A DNA stretch of 64,000 nt. Origin: Candidatus Poribacteria bacterium (GTDB lineage: Bacteria > Poribacteria > WGA-4E > WGA-3G). The DNA is taken from the NCBI GenBank assembly GCA_965198235.1, contig OZ240248.1, positions 4,704,001 to 4,768,000 of the forward strand. The letters run 5' to 3'. Positions 50,073-58,735 of the stretch are shown one piece after another; positions within the stretch are counted from its first letter, which is position 1, and each line of letters starts with the position of its first letter. The notes under the pieces are model-generated. The model did no database searches. It was not told the origin of the DNA and saw nothing but the letters and a program-made list of their open reading frames with translations. The position numbers and the translations under genes were made by a program.

Positions 50073-51191
50073 GTGAAATTCAGAGGATATCAACTGGACA
50101 ACACCTTCAAAAGCGTTTACGGGCTCGCAGTCGCTGATATAAACGGTGACGGGCAGCTTGACATCATCGCTGGCTCTACAGGCGAACCCATTATCGCTTG
50201 GTACGAGGCACCCCATTGGAAAAGACATCTCGTGACCGATCAAGGTAGCGGACACATCACTATTGCGCCTTACGATCTCACCGGTAACGGCACTCCTGAT
50301 CTCATTGTAGGAAGTGGTTTCAACCGTGGGGTCAACGCTGCAGAGGGATATCTCCAATGGCTTGAGGCACCGGTACAGGACGGACAAAACTGGAAAAGCT
50401 ACCGCATTGCCGATGTCCCGTTCATCCATCGTATCGCACTCGCGAATTTCTCTGGAAACGCATCAACATCGACTCCTTTTCTCATTGTTGCATCGATTCG
50501 CGGTGAGGACGGTAAGCCTGGGGAATGGCATAGCCCTGGCTCCCTCTGGTGCTACGAATTGTCAGATACCCCGCGAGAAGCAACCTCTTGGCAATCCCAC
50601 CTCCTTGACGATTCCCTCCACATCAACCACGGTTTGAGTATCAACGATGTTGACCAAGATGGACGCGATGATGTCCTGATTAGCTGCACAGAGGGTTTGA
50701 TCTGGTATGAACCGCCTATTGCACCGATGACGGACGATTGGGGCAAATGGGTCATCAGCGACCGAGAGTGTAGCGACACATTCGCCGCCGACATTGATGG
50801 GGACGGTATCAACGAAATTTTAGCGATTGAGCCGTGGCATGGGAACAATCTCGTCTGGTATAAAGCTACTGGTGATCTGCGAACCGATCCTTGGCATCGC
50901 TATCTCATTGACGACACGCTTAACCGTGGGCACTCCCTCGCCGCTGTTGACGTTGATGAGGATGGAGTGCTTGAAGTTATCTGTGGTTACAACGGTGAAG
51001 GGACGAGTTTGCATCTCTACCGTCCAGAGGATCTGGCACAAAACCGGTGGAGTAAAGAAACGATTGACAATGGCGGTTTAGGTGTCGGACAGATGCAGGT
51101 ACTGGACATGAACGGGAACGGCAGATTGGACATCGTCGCCAGCGGTCTCAGCACTGGCAACGTCAAGTGGTATGAAAATCTGCCCAATTGA
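50073..51191 (+). CDS. FG-GAP/VCBS repeat beta-propeller protein
   Basis: Repeated D.NGDG.LD motifs; IEPWHGN; RBS AGGAGG before GTG 50073. Confidence 0.85.
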   Translation: MKFRGYQLDNTFKSVYGLAVADINGDGQLDIIAGSTGEPIIAWYEAPHWKRHLVTDQGSGHITIAPYDLTGNGTPDLIVGSGFNRGVNAAEGYLQWLEAPVQDGQNWKSYRIADVPFIHRIALANFSGNASTSTPFLIVASIRGEDGKPGEWHSPGSLWCYELSDTPREATSWQSHLLDDSLHINHGLSINDVDQDGRDDVLISCTEGLIWYEPPIAPMTDDWGKWVISDRECSDTFAADIDGDGINEILAIEPWHGNNLVWYKATGDLRTDPWHRYLIDDTLNRGHSLAAVDVDEDGVLEVICGYNGEGTSLHLYRPEDLAQNRWSKETIDNGGLGVGQMQVLDMNGNGRLDIVASGLSTGNVKWYENLPN

Positions 51192-51396
51192 GAAATCTCC
51201 ATGATGCAGCGTTGCAAAATGCCACGTTCCGCGATTGACATTTTTCAAACGAAAAAAGTTGTCAATCTCAAAGGAAAGTGATACGATATCCATAGAGAAA
51301 TCCGTAACCAAAGCATAATTTCAAAATGAGGAGACAATCCAATAAACTGGAAACACTCCGTTTAATACTTGGGAATTGAAAAGGATGGTTACCAAT

Positions 51397-51456
51397 TGTC
51401 AGTTTTCAGAAAGCAATGTATTTTTTTACTGACAACCGAAAACTGACAACTAACGA
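51397..51456. terminator. Inverted and heptamer repeats between convergent genes
   Basis: ttgtcagttttc / gaaaactgacaa; tandem ctgacaa-ccgaaaa-ctgacaa-ctaacga. Confidence 0.45.
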
Positions 51457-52590
51457 CTATTCCTCAATCGCTTCAACGTTGGCACGAGGCAAAATGGTTT
51501 GTTGACCGTCTTCGAGTTCGACGCGCAACACCCGTACCTGCGCTTCTGTTTCCAAATTCTGAAGTTCTACTGGCAGTTCCGTAACGCGTCCCAATTTCCC
51601 GAAATACGGTTCCCGGATGATGCGGACCGAGCTGCCAATCTCCAGAATACCTTCGGTGGTATTATCCTCCGCATCGGATGCTGTCTCGGCAGCTTCTGGC
51701 ACTATCGGAATCACGATCTCTGGACGGACGACTCCGGCACGAATTTGCGTCGCACCGTTGATAGAGGTTTTCATGCCTTCCCGCGCTTTCAAGAGCGCAA
51801 ACGTTTGTTCCGCCATCGCGATACTTCCGAACCCTTCTGTGATAACCAGCGTAATCCCAATCTCCTCAGACCCTGTAATCGCAACGCCGAGTTCATAGCC
51901 GAGAAGCTCCCGCAGATCCGCATCATCAATCCCGCCGGCAATAATGCCTTTCACACCCTGTTGAATCGCTTTCTGAATTGCATCAGTCGTGACCAGCGAA
52001 CCGCCGACCAGAATGTTATCTCGGTGTTCAGGCAGAATTTGTTCTGCAGCCAGCTCGGCACTCGGAGCAGCCACAGCGACAGTCAAATTTCCAACTGTTT
52101 CGCCGCCGACCCCGAAGATGCCTTGGATATAGGTGCCGTAAGTCTCTACTGTGACTCCTTCATTCGGGACGATCTCCGTTACTGTGCCGTCCGTGTAAGC
52201 CTTGACTTCCACCGGAATGGGTGGTTCGCGGAGAATGACCTGCCCTGTAACATCGGACACGGCTTCGATTGTGCCATCAATCGGTGAACGCGCCTGCGAT
52301 TTGAAAAGCCCAAAAAGCCCTTTAGTCGTGGCGATAATCTCATCTTTGGTAATAGTTTCGCCGACAGGTTTGAGCATGTATTCTATAACTTCTTCCGCGG
52401 GGACACTGAGCAGATTGGCAACGTTTAGTAGTTGGACGTTGCCCGGCAGATCCGCTTTCGCAACGACATCCTCTGCTTGGACTGTTGTACCGGCTTCGAC
52501 GAGCACCTCGCCTTGGAGCGGGAGCCGCCGTTCTTTCTGAATTGTCATTCCCTCGGTAACCTTAAGACCGGGAGTATACGCATGCGCCAT
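51457..52590 (-). CDS. Conserved hypothetical protein with sandwich-barrel-hybrid-like N-terminus and C-terminal KOW-like motif
   Basis: MAHAYTPGLKV, GEVLV..G..V, SPIDGTI, GVAITGSE, TEGFG; C-term IGSSVRIIREPYFGKLGRV...PRANVE. Confidence 0.75.
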   Translation of the reverse strand: MAHAYTPGLKVTEGMTIQKERRLPLQGEVLVEAGTTVQAEDVVAKADLPGNVQLLNVANLLSVPAEEVIEYMLKPVGETITKDEIIATTKGLFGLFKSQARSPIDGTIEAVSDVTGQVILREPPIPVEVKAYTDGTVTEIVPNEGVTVETYGTYIQGIFGVGGETVGNLTVAVAAPSAELAAEQILPEHRDNILVGGSLVTTDAIQKAIQQGVKGIIAGGIDDADLRELLGYELGVAITGSEEIGITLVITEGFGSIAMAEQTFALLKAREGMKTSINGATQIRAGVVRPEIVIPIVPEAAETASDAEDNTTEGILEIGSSVRIIREPYFGKLGRVTELPVELQNLETEAQVRVLRVELEDGQQTILPRANVEAIEE

Positions 52591-52625
52591 TCATTAACCT
52601 CAATTGTAAAATGTAATCTGTTTCT

Positions 52626-52656
52626 ATGAGTTCGGTAAATAACGTGAGTTCGGTAA
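52626..52656. repeat. 13-bp direct repeat
   Basis: tgagttcggtaaa twice, 18-bp period, between the OLE-like RNA 3' end and the downstream gene. Confidence 0.6.
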
Positions 52657-52662
52657 AAAATT

Positions 52663-53210
52663 TCCACTGGTAGTGCAAACTGTTAGTTTCCTTGTTTTCG
52701 TCCAAGTACATAGGGAGAGCATTGATCCATCAAAGACTATCGATCCGAGTCCCTATCTGCTTTCAAGAGGTTTTAAAAGGTGTCAAATGCCAACACCCTA
52801 CCTTTAAAACCCTTATGCTAACAGGGACCGACTTTTTTTCAACGTCCCTCCGGTGGGCAAAAGCGATAAAAATCAGGGTGTGGGTCTCCTTTTTCTCTGA
52901 AAGGTCTGTAGGAATTCCTGGCTACCTTTTAAGGTCGCATTTTCTCAATGCGGGTGTGGGTTTGTATGCGATTAGAGATTGTATGGTTTCCTACATTCAT
53001 TGGACAAAAGCAAGGTAGTTTGCGCAGAACCCGACACAAACTATGGTAGATATCAGAATTAATTGGACACTCTCAAACAGACCTGAAGGCCACTTAGCAG
53101 CCTCGAGACAGACACAAACTACACGCCAAAAGTCCCCTGACATGTACAGTGTCAGTTTTGATACCGGCATCCTACGTCTCGACGGAGTCTTTAGCATACA
53201 CAAAGTGATA
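52663..53210 (-). ncRNA. OLE-like large noncoding RNA
   Basis: Ordered OLE-like motifs on the minus strand (CAGGGGA..GGCGUGUAGU, AAGUGGCC, CUGCGCA, AACCCAC, GGUAGCCAGGAAUUCC, GGAGACCC, UAUCGCUUUUGCCCACCGGA, GCACUACCAGUGGA); closing stem CACU-GUGUA/UGCAC-AGUG; long-range AGGUCUGU/ACAGACCU; own promoter. Confidence 0.75.
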
Positions 53211-53221
53211 CACAGCAATAT

Positions 53222-53254
53222 ATTATACCATTTTAGTTACGTTTATGGTAGAAT
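53222..53254. promoter_or_regulatory. Divergent extended -10 promoters
   Basis: Minus strand TGG-TATAAT (53230-53222) into the OLE-like RNA; plus strand TGG-TAGAAT (53246-53254) into the omegaRNA/phyH transcript. Confidence 0.65.
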
Positions 53255-53259
53255 GCAAT

Positions 53260-53525
53260 CAGAATTCAAACGAGGTGGAACAACATTCAGATACTTCACG
53301 CTAAAGCGTGGAGATTGTAGAATATCGCCAGCCAAGGCGGGATCCTGCAACGTGAGAATCTGAATAGAGTCATATATCGTGGTATCTGGGTGTGGCAGCC
53401 CGAACGACGTGTGTTAAAAGGTAATATTCTGTGGTGGGATATTGCTCAAGGATGCTCCCTAAGTCCCACTCCTCTCGGATACCGCGATCTCGATGGGGCA
53501 ACATACAACCCGAAAGGGATTTACC
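53260..53525 (+). ncRNA. omegaRNA/HEARO-like guide RNA (5' guide from the flank plus scaffold)
   Basis: AUUCAGA/UCUGAAU stem; 13-bp AUCGUGGUAUCUG/CGGAUACCGCGAU; GUGGGA..GAUGCUCCCUAAG..UCCCAC with pseudoknot to GGGGCA; terminal CCC-GAAA-GGG. Confidence 0.75.
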
Positions 53526-53722
53526 TGCTTTCTCAAAGGCACCGGGTCAGGTCAAGTAAGTGAGTAGTGCGAGCCCCACCCAACGAAGCAGCCCACCAGA
53601 GAGGATCGCCCACGTGTCTGTGGGGAAAAAACAACACGCCCCACATTTGGGGAATTTTAAAACAAAGGAGGCAGGCTTTCCCCTTCATGCTAAAGCATGG
53701 AGTCCCCAGCTTGAAGAATTTA
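53286..53722 (+). mobile_element. Non-autonomous IS200/IS605 (IscB-type) element with no protein
   Basis: Twin end hairpins CTTCACGC-TAAA-GCGTGGAG (53294) and CTTCATGC-TAAA-GCATGGAG (53683) with a compensatory change; omegaRNA inside; no PLMP/HNH/RuvC ORF. Confidence 0.75.
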
Positions 53723-54577
53723 ATGGCAACCAAGAGCGTTGTTTACAAAACCGATAAAATCATGCCGACATGGGCACAACTCGCTGAGATGGGACGCGAT
53801 CTCAGGTTTTACCCAAGCCTTACCAAGCATCCGAAAGTACTGACCCAGGAACAGGTAGCTCACTTCAACAACGTCGGCTATATCAAAGGTATCCCGATTT
53901 TCGATGACGCTGAAATCGGTGAACACCGTCAATACTTTGATGCCCTGTTAGCAAGCGTCATGGCAGAAGGCGGAAGCAGTTATTCAATTATCTCCGCGCA
54001 CATGAAATACGGAAAGGTCTATGACCTTCTCACACACCCAAGGATTGTCGCTTGTGTGAAGGACCTGATCGGCGAGGACGTTATCGGTTGGGGTGCGCAC
54101 TACTTCTGCAAAATGCCGCACGACTCGAAAACTGTCGGCTGGCATCAAGATGCCGGTTACTGGCCCCTCTCCCCTTCCAAGACGGTTACCGTCTGGCTCG
54201 CGATTGACGATGCTGCCATTAAAAATGGTGCGATGCGGTTTATCGCAGGTTCACATCACCTTGGGCATTTAACCGCTCGGCACAGCGAACCCAATGACAA
54301 TAGCGTCCTGGGTCAAATCGTTGAAAACGCAGAGCAGCACGGCAAACCGGTGGATGTTGAACTCAAAGCGGGTGAAATTTCTATCCACACGGACCTACTC
54401 TTGCATGGGTCGAACGCCAATCCTTCGCCGAGGCGACGCTGCGGTCTCACCTTACGCTACTGCACCTCCGATGTCCAAGCGTCCTATCGCTGGGATAGGG
54501 AAGGTGTTGTCGTGAGTGGAAAAGATAATGATGGCCACTGGGACAACCCACCACGTCCGGCTAGTGATGGCAATTAG
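53723..54577 (+). CDS. Phytanoyl-CoA dioxygenase (PhyH) family protein
   Basis: WHQD, VWLAIDDA..NG.M..I.GSH, LLHGS..N...RR; true start probably ATG 53723. Confidence 0.9.
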   Translation: MATKSVVYKTDKIMPTWAQLAEMGRDLRFYPSLTKHPKVLTQEQVAHFNNVGYIKGIPIFDDAEIGEHRQYFDALLASVMAEGGSSYSIISAHMKYGKVYDLLTHPRIVACVKDLIGEDVIGWGAHYFCKMPHDSKTVGWHQDAGYWPLSPSKTVTVWLAIDDAAIKNGAMRFIAGSHHLGHLTARHSEPNDNSVLGQIVENAEQHGKPVDVELKAGEISIHTDLLLHGSNANPSPRRRCGLTLRYCTSDVQASYRWDREGVVVSGKDNDGHWDNPPRPASDGN

Positions 54578-54701
54578 GGATATATTTCTGCGATGCTACG
54601 GGATACATTGTTATTAAAATGATACCACATTTGGTGAGAACAGTCAAAAAGGATCTATCCCATCAAATGTGGCAGTTTCCGAACCGCGGCTTCTCCTTAT
54701 T

Positions 54702-56159
54702 TTATTTCACATCGCCTTTCAAAAACGCTAAGACAGCCGCCATAAATAGGAGTAGCGCGAGTGAGATTAATAACATCAGGTCCAACAGTGCTCCTTTGAA
54801 GGTAATACCTAAGGTCAGTTTTTCTGAAAATTTAGGAATGCTATTAAAAGCGACCGGTTTTTGGGATAAGCCTTCTTTTACGAGATAAACATGGTAGCTT
54901 TCGTTGTCTGCTCTGTCCTCTGATTCGATGAAGTCGACGAACTGTTTTCTATAGCGGCGTGCTTGTTGGACAAACCTCTTATGTCTGGCGAACCCTGTAT
55001 CAGCCAGAGATTCCAAGGCGTATTTGTAGATAGTCGCCGGGGATAGCCTCGTAATTTGCTGCGTAAACCTAACCTGAGCAAACTGCTTATCCAGATGCTC
55101 ATCGTCAAACCTACTCTTCGTATTCGCGCGTTCAGTGAGATAGCCAGCCCACGTTCTGAGTGCCTCAATATTGGGTGGATTGTCGGAAGGAGAGCCGAAT
55201 TGGAAAAGCTTTCTACCTTCCCAGTATCGCTCATGGATTTCATCCAGTTTTGCTTCCTTTAACCGAGAAACTTCGCTTCTGGAAGGCACCTGCCGGAAAC
55301 CGCTTGCCAATGCACCCATTGTGTTCGGAATAAGCACCACAAATACGACCCAAATTAGAAGTAGGACCAGCAAGCTGCTTGACGAATTGGAAAATTGGCT
55401 TGAGATACACAGTCCAAGCCATAGGAATATTGAGATATAGATGGCGGAAATGACAAAGATTATCCCTATCCGCGCCCATTCGCTTCCGTTAAGGGACACC
55501 AGTTCCGACGCGCTGACGACCATTAAATTCAGTAGTATCCCGATCAATAGAGGTAGCATGAGGGTAAGAAACGCACCGATAAACTTTGCCAGAAGCACGG
55601 TGGCACGGGATACCGAATTAGACATGAGTAAGCTTAAGGTCCCTATTTCACGCTCTCCAGAGATTGCATCGTAAGTAAAGAGGATCGCCATGAAACTCAT
55701 AACCAACCCGATGATGAACGTCCAGTCTAATTCCGTAAAATTTGGCAGCGCATCATTTTTGCGAAAGACATCTTGTGAATATTCAAGCCACCAATTGTTT
55801 GAATGTGAGTAGTGAAAATTGGGGGCATTCCAGTTGCTGCCGGAAGAGGCATTCCCGGTGACCCGCTTCGGCAATTTCGCGTCTGCACCCGTAGCGATAA
55901 ACGCCAATGGACTTGGCTTCTTATAGAGATCTCCTGGACCTTTTACACCTAACTCACCGAGAGTGACACTTCGTTCCCTCATTGATTCTGTCGCGGCGTT
56001 GATGTCTTGGGAATACTGTGCTATTCTTCGCGGATATTGACTACTCACAAATATCACGGCATTCATCACCATCAGTGCCATTACCAAAATCACCGTGAGG
56101 GCAAACCGAAAACGGGTCAGGTTATCAAGGATTTCTCGTTTTGCTATGTGCCAAATCAT
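54702..56159 (-). CDS. ABC-2 type transporter permease
   Basis: MIWHIAKRE, YDAISGEREIGTL.L, SP...Y; multiple TM segments. Confidence 0.85.
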   Translation of the reverse strand: MIWHIAKREILDNLTRFRFALTVILVMALMVMNAVIFVSSQYPRRIAQYSQDINAATESMRERSVTLGELGVKGPGDLYKKPSPLAFIATGADAKLPKRVTGNASSGSNWNAPNFHYSHSNNWWLEYSQDVFRKNDALPNFTELDWTFIIGLVMSFMAILFTYDAISGEREIGTLSLLMSNSVSRATVLLAKFIGAFLTLMLPLLIGILLNLMVVSASELVSLNGSEWARIGIIFVISAIYISIFLWLGLCISSQFSNSSSSLLVLLLIWVVFVVLIPNTMGALASGFRQVPSRSEVSRLKEAKLDEIHERYWEGRKLFQFGSPSDNPPNIEALRTWAGYLTERANTKSRFDDEHLDKQFAQVRFTQQITRLSPATIYKYALESLADTGFARHKRFVQQARRYRKQFVDFIESEDRADNESYHVYLVKEGLSQKPVAFNSIPKFSEKLTLGITFKGALLDLMLLISLALLLFMAAVLAFLKGDVK

Positions 56160-56237
56160 GTTACCCTCTTTTTGTCATACCAACTGAACGACGAGCAATG
56201 AATGGTTTCCCTACTACAAACAATGCAGATTTGTCTC

Positions 56238-57740
56238 CTATATGACATCGTAGCGCAGGAACGAGATGAATGTGCCCATGAAGAACAGCATGTTTAATAT
56301 CGCAAGTATTATAATATCCGGTAGTGCACGTTGCAGACTACCACCGATACCCTCGCTCTGTTCTTTAAATCTGGGCATGCCGCTTAGGTCAAGAGCCCCT
56401 TGAGCTCCATCCGTTGTAAACCATCTACGTGAGAAGAATATTTTTTCATCTTTCATATATTCAACCCATTCACGACGATATTGTCGAGTCTGTTCCATAA
56501 ACTGCCAGAAACTTCCCAAGTCTGTTTCGGCAAGAATTGCAGCGGCATTGTAGTAAACGGCTGTCGGAGATATACGGGATATGTTTAGTGCTAACAGAGA
56601 CTGTCGGTTCAGATTTTCGTCGAGATACACTTTACGTATTTGCCATATCCTGTCGGCGTATTGTGTCCGTAAATTTTCCTTGAATCCACAAAATTCTTGG
56701 ATAAATGGTATACCCTCTTCGTTTGCAAAACCGCTCATCCCTATGGTTTCTCCACTGCCATAAAAACTTCTGTCTGAGCTTAAGCCAAGACTACGAGGTT
56801 TGGCATGCTCCCAAGGATTTTCGACACCGCGTTTCTTCAAATACTCTTCAACTTTGGTCTCAAATTCCGTCCATAGTTCATCCGCCTGTGTTTTGGGCGA
56901 TTGTTCTGATTGAATTGGACTCGCATGTTCTACCAATAAAACTGTTAAATTCGGAACGATAAGCACGAAAAACACCCAGACGCACATTGAGAACATCAGC
57001 GTGATAGAGGCTCGATGGGTTCGAGTGGAAAGGAAAAGCCCAATGAGAAAAAAGAGGGAGACGTAAAGCATAGATACGAGGAAGATTAACAATATCCGTA
57101 TCCAATCTGAACTACTGAAGGAAACATAGGCGGAAAATTGTATCACCAACAAGCCGCCCACAAAACTCGCTGTAAGTGGGAGAGAAATAGATGCCATCCC
57201 GGCAATATATTTTCCCAAGAGCAGCGTAGGTCTCGGAATGGCACAAGAGAGTGTTAATCTCAAAGTCCCTGCTTCCTTCTCTCGCGATATAGCGTCGTAA
57301 GAGAAAAGCAGCGCGAGCAGACTCATCACCACTTGACAGATGACCGTGAAGTCAATAGAGGAAAAGATGTTCAAATATGGATTATCAGAGCCGTGTTGTT
57401 CGGCAACGGCAGGAACAGATCCGTGCGCTACTGCTACCGAATTGCCCTTCCTTTTGTCCACGCCTTCGTTGAAGATGCTCAACAGTTTCGGTTTCCTATT
57501 ACATTTCAGTCTACGAGTTTGTCCGATTTGCCCGAATTCAGAGTATTTTTTGACCTGTCTTATCTCATCTTCATTTTCTCGGAGAGCCGTTTGGTAGCTT
57601 TGCAGTCTATCCTCGTAACCTCTGGTCAGAACAAAGAGATTGGTCACAATCAGGGAAAAATAGATGAGTAGTCCCATGAGGAATCTGAAACTTAAGATAT
57701 TTGATGTGATTTCTCTTCTAACAATTGTCCAAAGCATCAC
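56238..57740 (-). CDS. ABC-2 type transporter permease (paralog)
   Basis: LWTIVRRE, YDAISREKEAGTL.L, RISP; multiple TM segments. Confidence 0.85.
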   Translation of the reverse strand: MMLWTIVRREITSNILSFRFLMGLLIYFSLIVTNLFVLTRGYEDRLQSYQTALRENEDEIRQVKKYSEFGQIGQTRRLKCNRKPKLLSIFNEGVDKRKGNSVAVAHGSVPAVAEQHGSDNPYLNIFSSIDFTVICQVVMSLLALLFSYDAISREKEAGTLRLTLSCAIPRPTLLLGKYIAGMASISLPLTASFVGGLLVIQFSAYVSFSSSDWIRILLIFLVSMLYVSLFFLIGLFLSTRTHRASITLMFSMCVWVFFVLIVPNLTVLLVEHASPIQSEQSPKTQADELWTEFETKVEEYLKKRGVENPWEHAKPRSLGLSSDRSFYGSGETIGMSGFANEEGIPFIQEFCGFKENLRTQYADRIWQIRKVYLDENLNRQSLLALNISRISPTAVYYNAAAILAETDLGSFWQFMEQTRQYRREWVEYMKDEKIFFSRRWFTTDGAQGALDLSGMPRFKEQSEGIGGSLQRALPDIIILAILNMLFFMGTFISFLRYDVI

Positions 57741-57814
57741 GTTACCTTAGTTATACAAAGTATAGATAGTTTTCACTTCTGCTTCTACTCGTTCCCAATA
57801 GATAACATTCGGAT

Positions 57815-57916
57815 TCAAAAGTTTTCAGTGACGCGCCACTTCTCCACTAACTTCGCGAAGGCTGTTTCGTCACCTGCAAGGGTATGGCGAATCAAGGCAG
57901 CATCATCGTTTCTCAT
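57815..57916 (-). pseudogene. Truncated ECF sigma factor (N-terminal remnant)
   Basis: RBS AGGAGG + MRNDDAALIRHTLAGDETAFAKLVEK, typical ECF start (D..LI....AGD..AF..LV), then an early stop at codon 34. Confidence 0.7.
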
Positions 57917-57984
57917 CAGGACCTCCTATTGATACGGGGAACTTGAGTTTCAATTTTTAGCATTCATCCAATTTTTGACTTAGT

Positions 57985-58010
57985 GACGCGAATCGAGGGA
58001 GAAGGTTGCA
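57985..58010 (-). promoter_or_regulatory. ECF (SigW-like) promoter
   Basis: TGCAAC-N16-CGTC upstream of the sigma remnant. Confidence 0.55.
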
Positions 58011-58113
58011 TAATTCTGCAAATTGGCAAATAGGCGCGTTTCACGGGAAACAGCATTAATCACTTGAGAAAGAGAAGGTATTGTTATGAGTGGAAAGGAG
58101 AGAACCACCGTTG

Positions 58114-58665
58114 CTATTCTGTCTCGTCGGGGTCCTCCTGAAATTCGTAGAAACTGTCGAAAATCTCAATATCACTTGGCGCGTATTGCTCCCCATAAGC
58201 GGACTTGATGCTATTCCATAACCGATTTAAGACTCTTTCACTCTTCAATTCGTTGTAGTTGATTTCCCCTATCGCTTTCTCTATGCAGTCGGCAACAATA
58301 ACTAAAAGGATATCTGGAATTTCGGCATCCTCATCGATGATATCGTCAACAGTTTCCCATACTGCGTGCTTGAACAGGGTTGGCAGGCGATTGATATGGT
58401 GGAGTACCACTTGTGTTACGAGGACAATAAAACATGACACGCGAGGGATAGAGACATCTTTGGCGGTATCGTGCGCATCCAAATCTTCAGGTATGCCGAT
58501 TTCGTCGACATGGGCAACAACGCCTTGGTGGATAAATCCTATGCGAAAGTCAAAGTTCTTGTGCATTTCCTCTTGAAAAAGTGGTGCACAGTGGTCTGGT
58601 GCAAGTCGCAGGCACTCCGCTTTTAGGATTTGCTTGTCAATTCTTGTCTGTTTTTTCTTTCTCAT
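58114..58665 (-). CDS. Hypothetical protein
   Basis: 183-aa ORF with upstream GGAGG; no recognised motif. Confidence 0.6.
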   Translation of the reverse strand: MRKKKQTRIDKQILKAECLRLAPDHCAPLFQEEMHKNFDFRIGFIHQGVVAHVDEIGIPEDLDAHDTAKDVSIPRVSCFIVLVTQVVLHHINRLPTLFKHAVWETVDDIIDEDAEIPDILLVIVADCIEKAIGEINYNELKSERVLNRLWNSIKSAYGEQYAPSDIEIFDSFYEFQEDPDETE

Positions 58666-58735
58666 CGGTCTTTGAGCTTTCCTCCGAAGTCTTCAAACGT
58701 GGGAGGAAAGCCCACTCCTATAAAACTTCGTAAGT

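Noticed and set aside
52626-52656. CRISPR-like repeat
   Set aside because: Only two 13-bp copies with a 5-bp spacer and no cas genes; no CRISPR array was seen anywhere in the window.
52692-53363. Short ORFs 52692-53018, 52997-53218 and 53043-53363
   Set aside because: No recognisable motifs or convincing RBS; they overlap the structured RNAs and promoters.
53567-53722. N-terminal extension of the PhyH ORF from GTG 53567
   Set aside because: It lies within the mobile element and its end hairpin; the reconstructed native RBS points to ATG 53723.
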